From IMG/VR virus record IMGVR_UViG_3300022602_000039, positions 66,034 to 130,033 of that record: DNA of 64,000 nt. One strand, 5' to 3'. The DNA is from a virus. Position 1 is the stretch's first letter. Each line of letters begins with the position of its first letter. Shown here in pieces: positions 19,205 to 29,066 of the stretch. The notes under the pieces were generated by a model. That model saw only the letters and a list, made by a program, of their open reading frames with translations. It did no database searches and had not been told where the DNA came from. Made by a program: the position numbers and the translations under genes.

Positions 19205-21088
19205 ATGAATATAGCCGATATTGCAAGTGGAGTTGGTACAGTGTATGATCGTACACTTCATACCTCTCTACTATTGCCGCATTCAGGCTTTGATGCAATA
19301 GCTATCGCACAAAACGATGTTGTTACTTCAGCAGTTATTAATAACGCTATTAGTAAATTGTATGATAATTTTATTCAGCTGTATCGTTATAGTAACGTAG
19401 CATCAAACGTTATTCCAATTTCATCAATTGGCTTTATAGGTGCACTACCTAACGTACCACCTACATATAATACTATTACTAGTACACAGGTAATAACATC
19501 TTATACAGTTACTGTTAGTTCCACGTTCAATCCATCTACAAGAACACAAGTTTATGCAACAACTGCTTACGGTAATGTAGTTGAAAATTCAGTATTAATA
19601 CCAGTTTTACAGCAAAATGGAACCACATATATAACATATCTCTCTACCGTATATTATACCACTACAACAAGTACAACTGTATCTGCCATAACAGCAATTG
19701 TACCTAGTACATCACTTAAATGGTATACAACATCTAACTTTTTAAGTAGTAGTCAATTTTTATCACTTTCTACAACACAATATAGTAATCTCGATAATAT
19801 TGTTACAATCACAGGTGGTATTAATTATCAAGTTACACCTAACAAATACGTTTTATTTGCTTCTACAGGAACTGATTTAATAGCATTAACAGGTGATACC
19901 GGATTGAGTAATATTTCAGTAGCGTTAAGCACAAACACTACAGCAATTTTTTCAAATGTAGGTTTTTCTGGTATTAATAAATTAATAATTGATCCAGATA
20001 CAAACCACCTTTATGTTCTCGATTTAAGTGCTAATCTCATTCATAAATTTGATGCATCGGGGTTTCTTACAAGCGATAATGTTCTTAACAATAAGCTTGT
20101 ATACATAAAGAGTATTGGTGGCTTTGGTAATTATGATGCCGCTAGTTTGTTTAATAATCCACAAAGTATTACCATTAACGGTTCTAATTTTTATGTTTTA
20201 GATTCGGGTAATAGTTGTATTAAGCAGTATGATACAAATTTTAACTGGATAACGACACATAGACTTTTTAGAGATTTTTTTAATAATTATCCAATTGATC
20301 TAACAACCGACGGTTACGGTAACATTTATGTATTAACAAATAATAATTTAATTATACAATATAATAGTGATTTTAGTAAGAAAGTTATAACAACACTACC
20401 AACATTATTCAATGCGAATGAATATTATACAGGTCTAACAACCTCTACGGTCAATACAGACATATTTTATTTGACTTCAAATTTAAATGTATATAAAAAA
20501 TTCTTTAGTTCAATTAATGATACTATTGGTAAATATCTGCTCTATCGTTTTAATGTCACAAATGGAGAAAATATAGCATCCTTTACTTCACTTTTAAATG
20601 CTGTTGGTAGTGATACAAATGCTATTTTCAGTACATATAACGGTGCAGGTAAATTTGGATTTTATGCAGATAATATTAATCTTAACACCGTCCTTGTAAC
20701 CGATAATTTCGATGTATATCCGTTAAGTTCAATTCAGATTGATACTAATGAGTATGTGCAGAATTGGGTCTTTAATAAGGCAATTGCTAAGCTTATTGTT
20801 AATCATACAAGATTACGCAATTTAATCTATACGAGATTTTTATATGAACCAGATGATAACGGTGTGCTAGTATATAATGGTACTCGCTATCTGACACCTA
20901 ATGAAGTTAATAATGTTACGTTTGATCAATATCTTACAAACTTCATTGGTTGCAATGAAATTTTTCAAAATGTAATTGTTAATCGTGGATTGAAAGCTGT
21001 ATTTGATGCACAGTCTTCAATATTTGATATACTTCAATTGGATGTTCAAACTGCTCCTAATTTAAATATACCAGTATATATCAATTGA
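19205..21088 (+). CDS. Virion protein with NHL/beta-propeller-like repeats
   Basis: LYVLDLSANLIHKFD; FNNPQSI...YVLDSGNSCIKQYD; DGYGNIYVL. Confidence 0.6.
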   Translation: MNIADIASGVGTVYDRTLHTSLLLPHSGFDAIAIAQNDVVTSAVINNAISKLYDNFIQLYRYSNVASNVIPISSIGFIGALPNVPPTYNTITSTQVITSYTVTVSSTFNPSTRTQVYATTAYGNVVENSVLIPVLQQNGTTYITYLSTVYYTTTTSTTVSAITAIVPSTSLKWYTTSNFLSSSQFLSLSTTQYSNLDNIVTITGGINYQVTPNKYVLFASTGTDLIALTGDTGLSNISVALSTNTTAIFSNVGFSGINKLIIDPDTNHLYVLDLSANLIHKFDASGFLTSDNVLNNKLVYIKSIGGFGNYDAASLFNNPQSITINGSNFYVLDSGNSCIKQYDTNFNWITTHRLFRDFFNNYPIDLTTDGYGNIYVLTNNNLIIQYNSDFSKKVITTLPTLFNANEYYTGLTTSTVNTDIFYLTSNLNVYKKFFSSINDTIGKYLLYRFNVTNGENIASFTSLLNAVGSDTNAIFSTYNGAGKFGFYADNINLNTVLVTDNFDVYPLSSIQIDTNEYVQNWVFNKAIAKLIVNHTRLRNLIYTRFLYEPDDNGVLVYNGTRYLTPNEVNNVTFDQYLTNFIGCNEIFQNVIVNRGLKAVFDAQSSIFDILQLDVQTAPNLNIPVYIN

Positions 21089-21117
21089 TAATCCAATTTT
21101 TACAATAAATAATTGCA

Positions 21118-21552
21118 ATGGCTAACGTATCAATAGTTAAAGTTAAAGTAAGACGCGGAACTGATGCTCAGCGCAGACAGATCACACTTGATCAAGGTGA
21201 GTTAGGTTTTACAACTGATTTTCAGCGCTTTTTTGTAGGTGACGGTGCAACTGTTGGTGGTGTTAGTCCAGCTATCAAATTTTATACAGTAAATCAACAA
21301 GCACTATCTGCTCTTGCACCAAGTCAAACACCTGTGCAGTTAGGTGATGTTGTATATGATACATACTCGTCCTGTTTCTTTACATTAACCGGTACACAAA
21401 ATAATACGTGGACAAGTTATCAAATATTACCAATTTTAACTCTAAAAAACGCTCGTACAATTTTACCACAATCTTCAAACGGTGGTGGTGGTTTACCGAC
21501 AGGTACACTCTTTATTAATTTAACCGGTGGTAACACCTTATCAGTAATCTAA
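21118..21552 (+). CDS. Fibre protein with Mtd/hyaluronidase-type N-terminal domain
   Basis: KVRRGTDAQR...LDQGELGFTTD..RFFVGDG. Confidence 0.7.
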   Translation: MANVSIVKVKVRRGTDAQRRQITLDQGELGFTTDFQRFFVGDGATVGGVSPAIKFYTVNQQALSALAPSQTPVQLGDVVYDTYSSCFFTLTGTQNNTWTSYQILPILTLKNARTILPQSSNGGGGLPTGTLFINLTGGNTLSVI

Positions 21553-21553
21553 T

Positions 21554-23137
21554 ATGGCTATTACAGTAACAACAGATACTATTGTTAAGCTAATTGTTCG
21601 TAGTGGAACAAATAGTGATCGTATAGGTATTATTTTATCACAAGGTGAGCTCGGCTATGCCACTGATACCAAAAGATTATTTGCAGGTGATGGATTAACA
21701 GCTGGTGGTAACCCGGCTGGTGTTTACAATTATGGTATTGTACCAGGTAATACACTTAATAATTATCTACCACCACAAACCCAGGTTGGTGATATAATTT
21801 CAGACGGTACAACAATTTATACATACACAAGTGCAAGTGGATGGACAGCTGCATCATTTAATCCTAGTACACAATTTGATAATCAAACAATTGTTTTCTT
21901 AAACAATAAATGGCAGTTAAATTCATCGTTTCTTTCTGGTGGTTCGGCGTATGTAAGCGCCATATCTGCAGTACAAGCTTGTAGTGGTGCATGGGGGTAT
22001 TCGAGCTTACTTTGTCAACCAACAAATACAGTATTAGGTAATACAACTAATACATGCGCTTACGCACAGAATATAACAGTAAGTCCTGGTCAATTTGTTG
22101 GTAATTCAAATAGTACACTTGGTGCTATTAATATCTGTGGTTGTGGTGGTCTACAGACAAATGGTGCTCTCGCAAATACTTTCTATATAGATGGTTCACC
22201 GCTACAGAATCAATTAACTAATCTCACTACAACTGTAGCAACAGCTACAGGGGATATTGCCGATATTGGTACACAGTTCTATGCTGATACAAGTTTTGTG
22301 TATTCAATAAATACATATTACGGTACAACAGGTATTACTAATTTATGGCAAAACATATTTGCCGATCAAAGCTGCAGACCTTTACGACTTGCAGTAAAGA
22401 CAGGCTCGAGAAGCCGTATTGTAAAAGTAGAAGCACGTGTAAATTATCATAGTTACGCACATTACGCACAAATCTACACACGCCTTGGTATCTTCCCTAC
22501 ATTAGTCCCAACATATCAGGATATGACTACATGGAGAGGTGTTAATGGCACATTCCCAAATCTTGCAACACCATTTACAGCATATACTCCTAGTACTGTT
22601 CCATCCGATGTATTAGATGTGGTCGCTGTCGGTGGGCCATATGCTGAATGGCATTCAATTCCAGCGCATCTTAGTACATACTATACTATTCCTGCTAATA
22701 CCACAGTAATTTTTGGTGTGCAGTCTTTCATTCAAGATGCAGCTTTTGAAGCCAGTGGTTATAGCTTTGTAGAAATAAACGGATGGGGTGCTGGTAATTA
22801 TAATGATGGTTATAACCCTGGTGGTGGATATACAAGAAATCAAGTAGGCTTTACAAGCAACCTCGGTGCTGGTGCAAACCCGACAAATCTACCTGCATAC
22901 GCTGGTTGGTATGCCTGGGGTCAACCGCCAACCGTCATTAATGGTGTACCTGTATATAATGGTGCTCCTGGATCATCACCTGCATATCCACAAACACAGC
23001 AAGGTATTAGCAATACAACTGCTAATAATCCTTTCTTAGATACTACCGGTATAAGTCCTACAAATGGTAGTTTGTTCCCATCAAATCAATGGGGTGTTAA
23101 AAATACATCTTATATAAGAGCTGTTTTTATTAACTAA
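21554..23137 (+). CDS. Fibre protein with Mtd/hyaluronidase-type N-terminal domain
   Basis: VRSGTNSDR...LSQGELGYATDTKRLFAGDG; paralogous to the preceding gene. Confidence 0.7.
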   Translation: MAITVTTDTIVKLIVRSGTNSDRIGIILSQGELGYATDTKRLFAGDGLTAGGNPAGVYNYGIVPGNTLNNYLPPQTQVGDIISDGTTIYTYTSASGWTAASFNPSTQFDNQTIVFLNNKWQLNSSFLSGGSAYVSAISAVQACSGAWGYSSLLCQPTNTVLGNTTNTCAYAQNITVSPGQFVGNSNSTLGAINICGCGGLQTNGALANTFYIDGSPLQNQLTNLTTTVATATGDIADIGTQFYADTSFVYSINTYYGTTGITNLWQNIFADQSCRPLRLAVKTGSRSRIVKVEARVNYHSYAHYAQIYTRLGIFPTLVPTYQDMTTWRGVNGTFPNLATPFTAYTPSTVPSDVLDVVAVGGPYAEWHSIPAHLSTYYTIPANTTVIFGVQSFIQDAAFEASGYSFVEINGWGAGNYNDGYNPGGGYTRNQVGFTSNLGAGANPTNLPAYAGWYAWGQPPTVINGVPVYNGAPGSSPAYPQTQQGISNTTANNPFLDTTGISPTNGSLFPSNQWGVKNTSYIRAVFIN

Positions 23138-23421
23138 TGTTTGATAAAGTTTTATTTTTTCTTTGTATAAGTTTAGGTTTGTCGTATATGTGGAGCTTTT
23201 CCACAATATTCGCACCGGTTCGTAAATTTGTATCTACTATCCCCTACATACATGTACCCTTACTGTGTCCTGAATGCAGTTCATTTTGGTTTGGTCTCTT
23301 TTCTTCTTTTTTATACAACCCGGTAGCATTGTGCATAAACATTGGGATTATTTCAAATATACTGTGTGGAGTTATAACGTATTTTTTTGCTTCAGTTTTA
23401 TATAAAAAGCTGTTTTTGTAA
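23137..23421 (+). CDS. Small membrane protein (DUF1360-like)
   Basis: IFAPVR...LLCPECSSFW flanked by hydrophobic helices. Confidence 0.6.
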   Translation: MFDKVLFFLCISLGLSYMWSFSTIFAPVRKFVSTIPYIHVPLLCPECSSFWFGLFSSFLYNPVALCINIGIISNILCGVITYFFASVLYKKLFL

Positions 23422-23434
23422 TAAATATTAGTAT

Positions 23435-23881
23435 ATGCCATCACCTGAATATCAAGACAACCCAACAGTTGCTTACAATTTTGAACAATTAGAGAGCGGT
23501 AAGTTTATTACACTTTTTGGTGATAGTCGTTTCCCACCTGTATCAGTTATAAATTTGGTTGATTACGTTGATACAACTCAAGCATTTCCAAATAATTCCA
23601 TAACAAATGCAACTACAGCGGTTACAATCTATCCAAAGGCTGCTGTATTAACGTACAGTGTCAATCAAGGTGATTCCTCAGGTCTTGGTATCCCACAGTA
23701 TGATTATGTGCAGTTTACACTCGGCTCTGGTACCATCCTATCTGGTTCACCTATTAATACACAGTATTACGTTAATGGTCCAACAGGTACAATGATTGCT
23801 GCTGTTTCCACGGGTTATACAAGTTTAGGTTCTGTATCATCAATATGGAAGTACTTCCAGCTTTCAGCTTATAGCTATTAA
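23435..23881 (+). CDS. Virion protein sharing an N-terminal module with 29067-31424
   Basis: E.GKFI...FP.VSV....DTTQAFP....IYPK.A.L.Y.VN shared; TAAATA 7 nt before ATG. Confidence 0.65.
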   Translation: MPSPEYQDNPTVAYNFEQLESGKFITLFGDSRFPPVSVINLVDYVDTTQAFPNNSITNATTAVTIYPKAAVLTYSVNQGDSSGLGIPQYDYVQFTLGSGTILSGSPINTQYYVNGPTGTMIAAVSTGYTSLGSVSSIWKYFQLSAYSY

Positions 23882-23883
23882 TT

Positions 23884-24054
23884 ATGGCAAATACTAAAGA
23901 GACGGTTACCCACGGTGGTGCTGCAGATACAGAGACGGTTACACAAAAAGCACAAGCACATCAAACATCGACCGTAAGAAAAGCAGTTACTCAAACACGC
24001 CCTGCTGTTAATCAAGCAGAAACTCTTGTACGAACACTCTTCCCTAAGCAATAA
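23884..24054 (+). CDS. Small hypothetical protein (56 aa, not in ORF track)
   Basis: MANTKETVTHGGAADTETVTQKAQAHQTSTVRKAVTQTRPAVNQAETLVRTLFPKQ fills the gap between genes. Confidence 0.5.
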   Translation: MANTKETVTHGGAADTETVTQKAQAHQTSTVRKAVTQTRPAVNQAETLVRTLFPKQ

Positions 24055-24091
24055 GAGTTGATTTTTAAAACTGCGCTATGTAATTATATAC

Positions 24092-24679
24092 ATGAAGCGC
24101 ATTCTCATACTCGCAGGAGTCGTGGCTCTATTAGCCTCCTGCACATATTATACTGAAAAGCAATCTGAAGCTCTCAGTCAGAACGTATATGCAACATCTG
24201 ATTCCCTAATTAAGAAGCGTGTTGATCTTGCTTATTATTATTCAAACGAAACAACAAAGCTTGTAAAGCTACCAAAGCATAGAATACCTATTCAATCAGT
24301 ATTTGAAGCTGATAAGGTTGTAAAAAATTCACCAAACAAAGGTAAAACAGCTGTTGTACTTGTACCGGATCAATATAAAGATGAAAAGGTAGTAGTGGTC
24401 GGTTCTGCTGATTACCAAGAATTGCTTAAGAATCGCGCAATCAATGCCCAGCTTAAGAAGGATAATGAGAATTTATTAAAAGACAATAAGAATACGGTAG
24501 ATGAGCTTAATCATCAAAAGCAAATGAAAGATACAATTATTAAGAACGCTGAAACCCTACAATTGCGTGTTTATAAGTTGGAAGCATCTAATCTACGTAA
24601 AAGTATTGCTATCATAGCGTTAGTTGGTCTCATTTTGGGCTATATCTGGTTGAGAGCCAGTAGGTTCCTCTTATTTTAA
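24092..24679 (+). CDS. Lipoprotein with coiled coil and C-terminal TM; candidate unimolecular spanin
   Basis: MKRILILAGVVALLAS-C lipobox; C-terminal IAIIALVGLILGYIWL; adjacent to holin-like gene and endolysin. Confidence 0.6.
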   Translation: MKRILILAGVVALLASCTYYTEKQSEALSQNVYATSDSLIKKRVDLAYYYSNETTKLVKLPKHRIPIQSVFEADKVVKNSPNKGKTAVVLVPDQYKDEKVVVVGSADYQELLKNRAINAQLKKDNENLLKDNKNTVDELNHQKQMKDTIIKNAETLQLRVYKLEASNLRKSIAIIALVGLILGYIWLRASRFLLF

Positions 24680-24711
24680 AGTAAAAATAACATTGTACCA
24701 TAAATATTATT

Positions 24712-24939
24712 ATGGACAATCTTATACAAAATATTGAATCCACATTAAGTAATACAGTTTCAGCTATTGAGCCTAAGGTTCAAAAAGCAGTGACTGTTGT
24801 TACACCTAAATTAAATACAGCTGCCTCTATTGTCTCCAATATTGTTGGGGTATTCTTTGATTGGGTTGCAACTCATCCAAAGACATCCTTGGTTATTGCC
24901 ATCTTTATCATGGGATTCCTTTGCGGAATTCTTTTTTAA
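24712..24939 (+). CDS. Small C-terminally anchored membrane protein
   Basis: WVATHPKTSLVIAIFIMGFLCGILF tail (ElaB/DUF883-like). Confidence 0.6.
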   Translation: MDNLIQNIESTLSNTVSAIEPKVQKAVTVVTPKLNTAASIVSNIVGVFFDWVATHPKTSLVIAIFIMGFLCGILF

Positions 24940-24942
24940 GCG

Positions 24943-25056
24943 ATGCATTACGAATATCGTCCACACTCAAACTATCCCTTCTACGCTATCTGTTTATATA
25001 GCTTACTCTTAGGTATATTAATAGGTCACTGTGTACTTTTCTATATACACGGATAA
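24943..25056 (+). CDS. Small single-TM protein (37 aa, not in ORF track)
   Basis: MHYEYRPHSNYPFYAICLYSLLLGILIGHCVLFYIHG. Confidence 0.4.
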   Translation: MHYEYRPHSNYPFYAICLYSLLLGILIGHCVLFYIHG

Positions 25057-25067
25057 GTATTTGTATA

Positions 25068-25451
25068 ATGTCACAGGAAAGAAAACTATTTACAAAAGAA
25101 AAATTTTGTGAAGGTAATCGTCAAAAATGGTTGATTGTCTTTCTTGTGTATTTGTCCTTGTTAATGGGGTTAGATGCCTTTCATCTCTTAAAAGATGTAA
25201 CTCCATATCTTACTTTCTTAACGTTTTTGGCTGGAGCATTTATACTTGGATATTCAGGCACAGAAACTATGAAGTTGTTTAGAGCAAACTCAACTACAGA
25301 TAATCAAAATATAACTCAAGACGTAAATCAGAATCTAAATCAAAATACCACTAAAGAGATTAAAGAAACAAAAGATATTAATATTAATGAACAAACTTTA
25401 ACAAATAACGCTAAAGAAGGCGACTACAATATACAGGAGGTAAGTATATGA
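25068..25451 (+). CDS. Putative holin (two TM helices)
   Basis: Two hydrophobic helices and a polar tail; overlaps the endolysin start. Confidence 0.55.
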   Translation: MSQERKLFTKEKFCEGNRQKWLIVFLVYLSLLMGLDAFHLLKDVTPYLTFLTFLAGAFILGYSGTETMKLFRANSTTDNQNITQDVNQNLNQNTTKEIKETKDININEQTLTNNAKEGDYNIQEVSI

Positions 25452-26059
25452 AACAACCATCTTCAAGCGCATTAAATTTAATTCTTGAATATGAAGTCGG
25501 TGGTGGTCGTTCGTATTATGACAAGTATCTCAGTCATCCAACTTGGCCTGGTGGTGCTTCTGGTACAACTTTAGGTATTGGTGTAGATTGCGGTTATTAT
25601 ACGCCAGATGAACTCGCTAAGATATTTCATTTCTTATCTTCAGTTCAACTTGAAGTTATAAAGGGTGCTTCTGGTAAAACTGGTCAGGCAGGTAAAGCGT
25701 ATGTAAAGGAAATACAGCCGCTCAACATTACAGTTACCTGGGATCAGGCATTGAGTATATTTGATAGTTTAACATGGCCTAAATTTGCAAAACTCGCTGA
25801 ACATGCATTCCCTGGACTCGATCAGCTATGTGATAATGCCTACGGAGCCCTTGTTTCTCTTGTGTTTAACCGTGGTACTAGTATGAATGGTGATAGTCGA
25901 CTTGAAATGAGGAATATTAGGGATCTCGTACCTAAGAAGGATTATAAAGGTATTGCTGAACAACTCAGAAGTATGAAGAGAATTTGGGCTGGTAAGGGTC
26001 TCGATGGTTTAATGACAAGACGTGAAGCTGAGGCTAAACTAGTTGAAAGCTGTATATGA
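25448..26059 (+). CDS. Endolysin (lysozyme-like, GH24/pesticin-type)
   Basis: ILEYEVG...WPGGASGTTLGIGVD; GALVSLVFNRG; GLMTRREAE. Confidence 0.85.
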   Translation: MKQPSSSALNLILEYEVGGGRSYYDKYLSHPTWPGGASGTTLGIGVDCGYYTPDELAKIFHFLSSVQLEVIKGASGKTGQAGKAYVKEIQPLNITVTWDQALSIFDSLTWPKFAKLAEHAFPGLDQLCDNAYGALVSLVFNRGTSMNGDSRLEMRNIRDLVPKKDYKGIAEQLRSMKRIWAGKGLDGLMTRREAEAKLVESCI

Positions 26060-26265
26060 GCATATACGATGAATTCTTCAATTTAGAGGGTCCGTGTCCC
26101 GAGTCAATTGAAAATTGCATGGAACTACGCGCTCAATATCAGATAGAAGTCAATAAACTAACGGCTGATAATAACTGTAATGGTTGTCAGGCAATGAATC
26201 TTAAAGCAGAGTATCAAGGTAAAGTATGGAAGGCGTATATGAACTCTTTAATCATACGTGCTTAA
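26056..26265 (+). CDS. Small Cys-containing hypothetical protein
   Basis: CP....C...CNGC; overlaps the endolysin stop. Confidence 0.55.
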   Translation: MSIYDEFFNLEGPCPESIENCMELRAQYQIEVNKLTADNNCNGCQAMNLKAEYQGKVWKAYMNSLIIRA

Positions 26266-26722
26266 AGGCCTTGTAATATTTACAAAATTTAGATAGGTGT
26301 AATTTTGAAAAACGTCTAGCATCTACTTCATGTTCGTTTCTAAAGTACGCATGTCTGTTTAAATCTACGTCCTCTTGATTATATGATAATTCAGTATGAC
26401 TTACTTTGTAGATTCTACTTTGCATCCAATGTCTAAACTCGTGAAGATAGTGTTCAAATAATGCACGTTCCTTCTTTTTATATGATTTAGCTTTTCCATC
26501 GGGTTCATCACATAGATAAATCTTGTTTGAGTAAAACATATAACCACTCTCCTCAGAACCAAAGTCAATCTGTACGGTTAAGGTAATATTCCTTGTAATA
26601 GCACCAGGTTCTACTTCGGCAAATAACATCGAAGTAGCGGCTCCTAGGGCTTTCATATCGTAATTATGTTCTCTAAACCATATTTCAGATTTTGGAGTAG
26701 GTTTTAGAGTAAAGATATACAT
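26252..26722 (-). CDS. Zincin-like (HEXXH) protein
   Basis: LHEFRHWMQ...NEHEVDAR. Confidence 0.65.
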   Translation of the reverse strand: MYIFTLKPTPKSEIWFREHNYDMKALGAATSMLFAEVEPGAITRNITLTVQIDFGSEESGYMFYSNKIYLCDEPDGKAKSYKKKERALFEHYLHEFRHWMQSRIYKVSHTELSYNQEDVDLNRHAYFRNEHEVDARRFSKLHLSKFCKYYKAFKHV

Positions 26723-26728
26723 AAGAAG

Positions 26729-26959
26729 TTGAATTTAGTGTATCTAGATCATAATATAATAATACATATGCAAGAAAACGCAAGTGAAGAATTTGTAACA
26801 GAACTTACAATAGGAGATCTTAAGAACATTGTCATTTTAATCAATGCTGTAAAGGATAAAAACCTTGTAAGTGAGAATGATACCGAAGTTCTTAGTAAAA
26901 TAAGCGATAAAATTACTGTATTTTTGACGTCTGTTAACGAGTCCCTCCTTATTTCATGA
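26729..26959 (+). CDS. Hypothetical protein (true start probably ATG 26768)
   Basis: ELTIGDLKNIVILI...; sigma70-like promoter upstream of the ATG. Confidence 0.55.
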   Translation: MNLVYLDHNIIIHMQENASEEFVTELTIGDLKNIVILINAVKDKNLVSENDTEVLSKISDKITVFLTSVNESLLIS

Positions 26960-27009
26960 GGGTTCCCACGGGATAATATGTCCATAATATTGAATAAATA
27001 TTATGGTAC

Positions 27010-27231
27010 ATGTCAGTTTCTAAAATTGTTACTTCTTTATGTGAGGAATTCACAGATACTATTCTTGTAGATCATACCAAGAATAGTATCATTATTAATG
27101 TCAAAAAACAATGGTTTAAATCATTGAATATGCGTTTAAGATCTTTGAACTTTAAACTTGTACATAAAACAACCATTAAAACGGGCTATACTTGTACATA
27201 TGTTTTAGATGATACAGAAGAAAATGATTGA
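27010..27231 (+). CDS. Hypothetical protein
   Basis: 73-aa ORF with TAAATA upstream. Confidence 0.55.
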   Translation: MSVSKIVTSLCEEFTDTILVDHTKNSIIINVKKQWFKSLNMRLRSLNFKLVHKTTIKTGYTCTYVLDDTEEND

Positions 27232-27261
27232 TTTCTGTATAAAAGCATTTAATATCAGTAA

Positions 27262-27975
27262 ATGCTCGTATTTGATCCAGTAGCTCACTCTTATAAAAAC
27301 GAATTTACAGGAGAATTTTATAATTCTGTAACAAGAGTTATTCACAAATACAAGAAACCCTTTGATGCTGATACTGCAGCTAGTAGAGTTGCTAAGAGAG
27401 AAGGTATTACAAAGGAAGAAGTCAAGGAAAGATGGAAGAAAGACAATGATAAGAGCAAGGATTACGGTACTGAGTTTCATGCTGTTATTGAAAGGTACCT
27501 TAAAACTGGTACTTTTGATCCTGAGTATACAATTTTTATTCAAGCCTTCTTGGATCTTGATATAGTTAGCAAGAAAGATGATCTTCTTGTTGAGCATCAG
27601 GTGTATTCACACGAGTTTAAACTTGCTGGTACTTCAGATCTTATTCGTGAAGAGAAAAACGGTGGGTTTAGTGTATTTGATCTTAAGACAAATAAGAAGT
27701 TTAACATGTTTAACCCTTATAACGAGTATCTTTTACATCCTTTGGATCATTTAACAGCTAGTGAGTACTCAATTTATAGTCTTCAGCTTTCAACATATGC
27801 TTATATGTATCAAAACATTACCGGTAAACGTGTAAACAGTATCGGTGTCTTTTATTATGATAGGAATACTGAAAAATTTTCATATTATCCAATGTCATAT
27901 AAGAAGTATGATGTTTTAGCAATGCTTAATCACTATAAAAATCATGAACTTCATCGATCAAATCATTCAGAATAG
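27262..27975 (+). CDS. PD-(D/E)xK exonuclease (Cas4/lambda-exonuclease-like)
   Basis: SVT, GTEFH, E..V, LAGTSD, DLKT, YSLQLSTY; TTGATT-16-TAATAT-6 nt-ATG upstream. Confidence 0.85.
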   Translation: MLVFDPVAHSYKNEFTGEFYNSVTRVIHKYKKPFDADTAASRVAKREGITKEEVKERWKKDNDKSKDYGTEFHAVIERYLKTGTFDPEYTIFIQAFLDLDIVSKKDDLLVEHQVYSHEFKLAGTSDLIREEKNGGFSVFDLKTNKKFNMFNPYNEYLLHPLDHLTASEYSIYSLQLSTYAYMYQNITGKRVNSIGVFYYDRNTEKFSYYPMSYKKYDVLAMLNHYKNHELHRSNHSE

Positions 27976-28411
27976 TCAGGTTAAAGAAGCTAAGCTTTTT
28001 GGTCCGTCAAAAAAGGCTGCCGAACGCCCTGAAACAGGAATTACCATTCAAACTCCTGCAGCTTTTCATGTTATTAAGGATTGTGCCACTCTAGCTAACA
28101 AGTATTTACCACATTATGTTTTTGGAACATATGCTAACCCATTTGAAGTATTAAAAGGCAAATTTAAACGTGAAGATATTCAAGAATTTGTAACAGCTGC
28201 TATGGCTGATATTGTACTCAATCAATTAATGATTTTAATCCTTGAGAAAATTCGTAAGTCACCCTATATGCCTGAAGTTTCAACTACTGTGTCGGTAGAA
28301 GCTAATAATTCAGCTGATCCTTATGGTGATTATGAATCTGCTAGTACTACAGTACAGACAAATAAGCAGCTTGATCCAGTTTCTTTGCTTTGTATTGCTT
28401 TTGGAGTATAA
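27944..28411 (+). CDS. Hypothetical protein
   Basis: 155-aa ORF; N-terminus MNFIDQIIQNSQVKE. Confidence 0.65.
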   Translation: MNFIDQIIQNSQVKEAKLFGPSKKAAERPETGITIQTPAAFHVIKDCATLANKYLPHYVFGTYANPFEVLKGKFKREDIQEFVTAAMADIVLNQLMILILEKIRKSPYMPEVSTTVSVEANNSADPYGDYESASTTVQTNKQLDPVSLLCIAFGV

Positions 28412-28414
28412 ATA
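28407..28414 (+). promoter_or_regulatory. T4-type late promoter
   Basis: Exact TATAAATA 12 nt before ATG 28427. Confidence 0.7.
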
Positions 28415-28426
28415 TCTTTAATATTA

Positions 28427-28786
28427 ATGAAATTATTCGGTCCATTTTTAAGCATACAGAATCAGATCCGTATATATCACTGGCAGACTGAGAGTTACGC
28501 CCAGCACAAGGCTTTTGATAAGACATACAACCAGTTAGGTGATCTTATTGATACATTTGTAGAGATTTATATGGGTAAATATGGTCGTTCAAAAGCTAAG
28601 TTTACTTACAATATTGAATTACAGAATATTGATAACAATTATATGTCCGTAATTGATTCGTATGTAGATTTTCTCATTGGACTCAATGAGGAGCTTGATC
28701 AGGTTAATGACTCCGATCTTCTTAACGTTAGAGACGAAATGCTTGGTGTCTTTAACCGCTTAAAGTATCTTTTAACTTTAAGTTAG
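28427..28786 (+). CDS. Ferritin/Dps-like protein (DUF5856 type)
   Basis: YHWQTESYAQHKAFD..Y..L...ID.FVE...G; NVRDEM...YLLTL. Confidence 0.8.
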   Translation: MKLFGPFLSIQNQIRIYHWQTESYAQHKAFDKTYNQLGDLIDTFVEIYMGKYGRSKAKFTYNIELQNIDNNYMSVIDSYVDFLIGLNEELDQVNDSDLLNVRDEMLGVFNRLKYLLTLS

Positions 28787-28853
28787 GTTTTTTTAAAAAT
28801 TGTTTGTACTTTTATACAAAAAAATAATTTTTAAAGACTAATTAATTAGAGGT

Positions 28854-29063
28854 ATGACCCAACTCCTTCGTGTCTTTAAAAAGTTCACCAATAGAATTTT
28901 TGGTGTTAAGGAGTCAGAGCTTTCTTCTGTTATTGAATTAAATTCAATCCCTAGAGAAACTGTGGTTCTTAAGACACGCACACAATTAATTGCTGAGGGT
29001 AAGGGAGCTCATCTCCCTAAGCGTCACCGTCACCCTGCCCCAACTCTTAATAAGCACAATTAA
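28854..29063 (+). CDS. Hypothetical protein
   Basis: 69-aa ORF with GAGG before the ATG. Confidence 0.5.
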   Translation: MTQLLRVFKKFTNRIFGVKESELSSVIELNSIPRETVVLKTRTQLIAEGKGAHLPKRHRHPAPTLNKHN

Positions 29064-29066
29064 GCT

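Noticed and set aside
21118-23137. Diversity-generating retroelement suggested by Mtd-like N-termini
   Set aside because: No reverse transcriptase and no template/variable repeat pair seen in the window
27262-27975. Cas4 as part of a CRISPR-Cas system
   Set aside because: Solo phage PD-(D/E)xK exonuclease; lacks the Cas4 Cys cluster; no other cas genes or array
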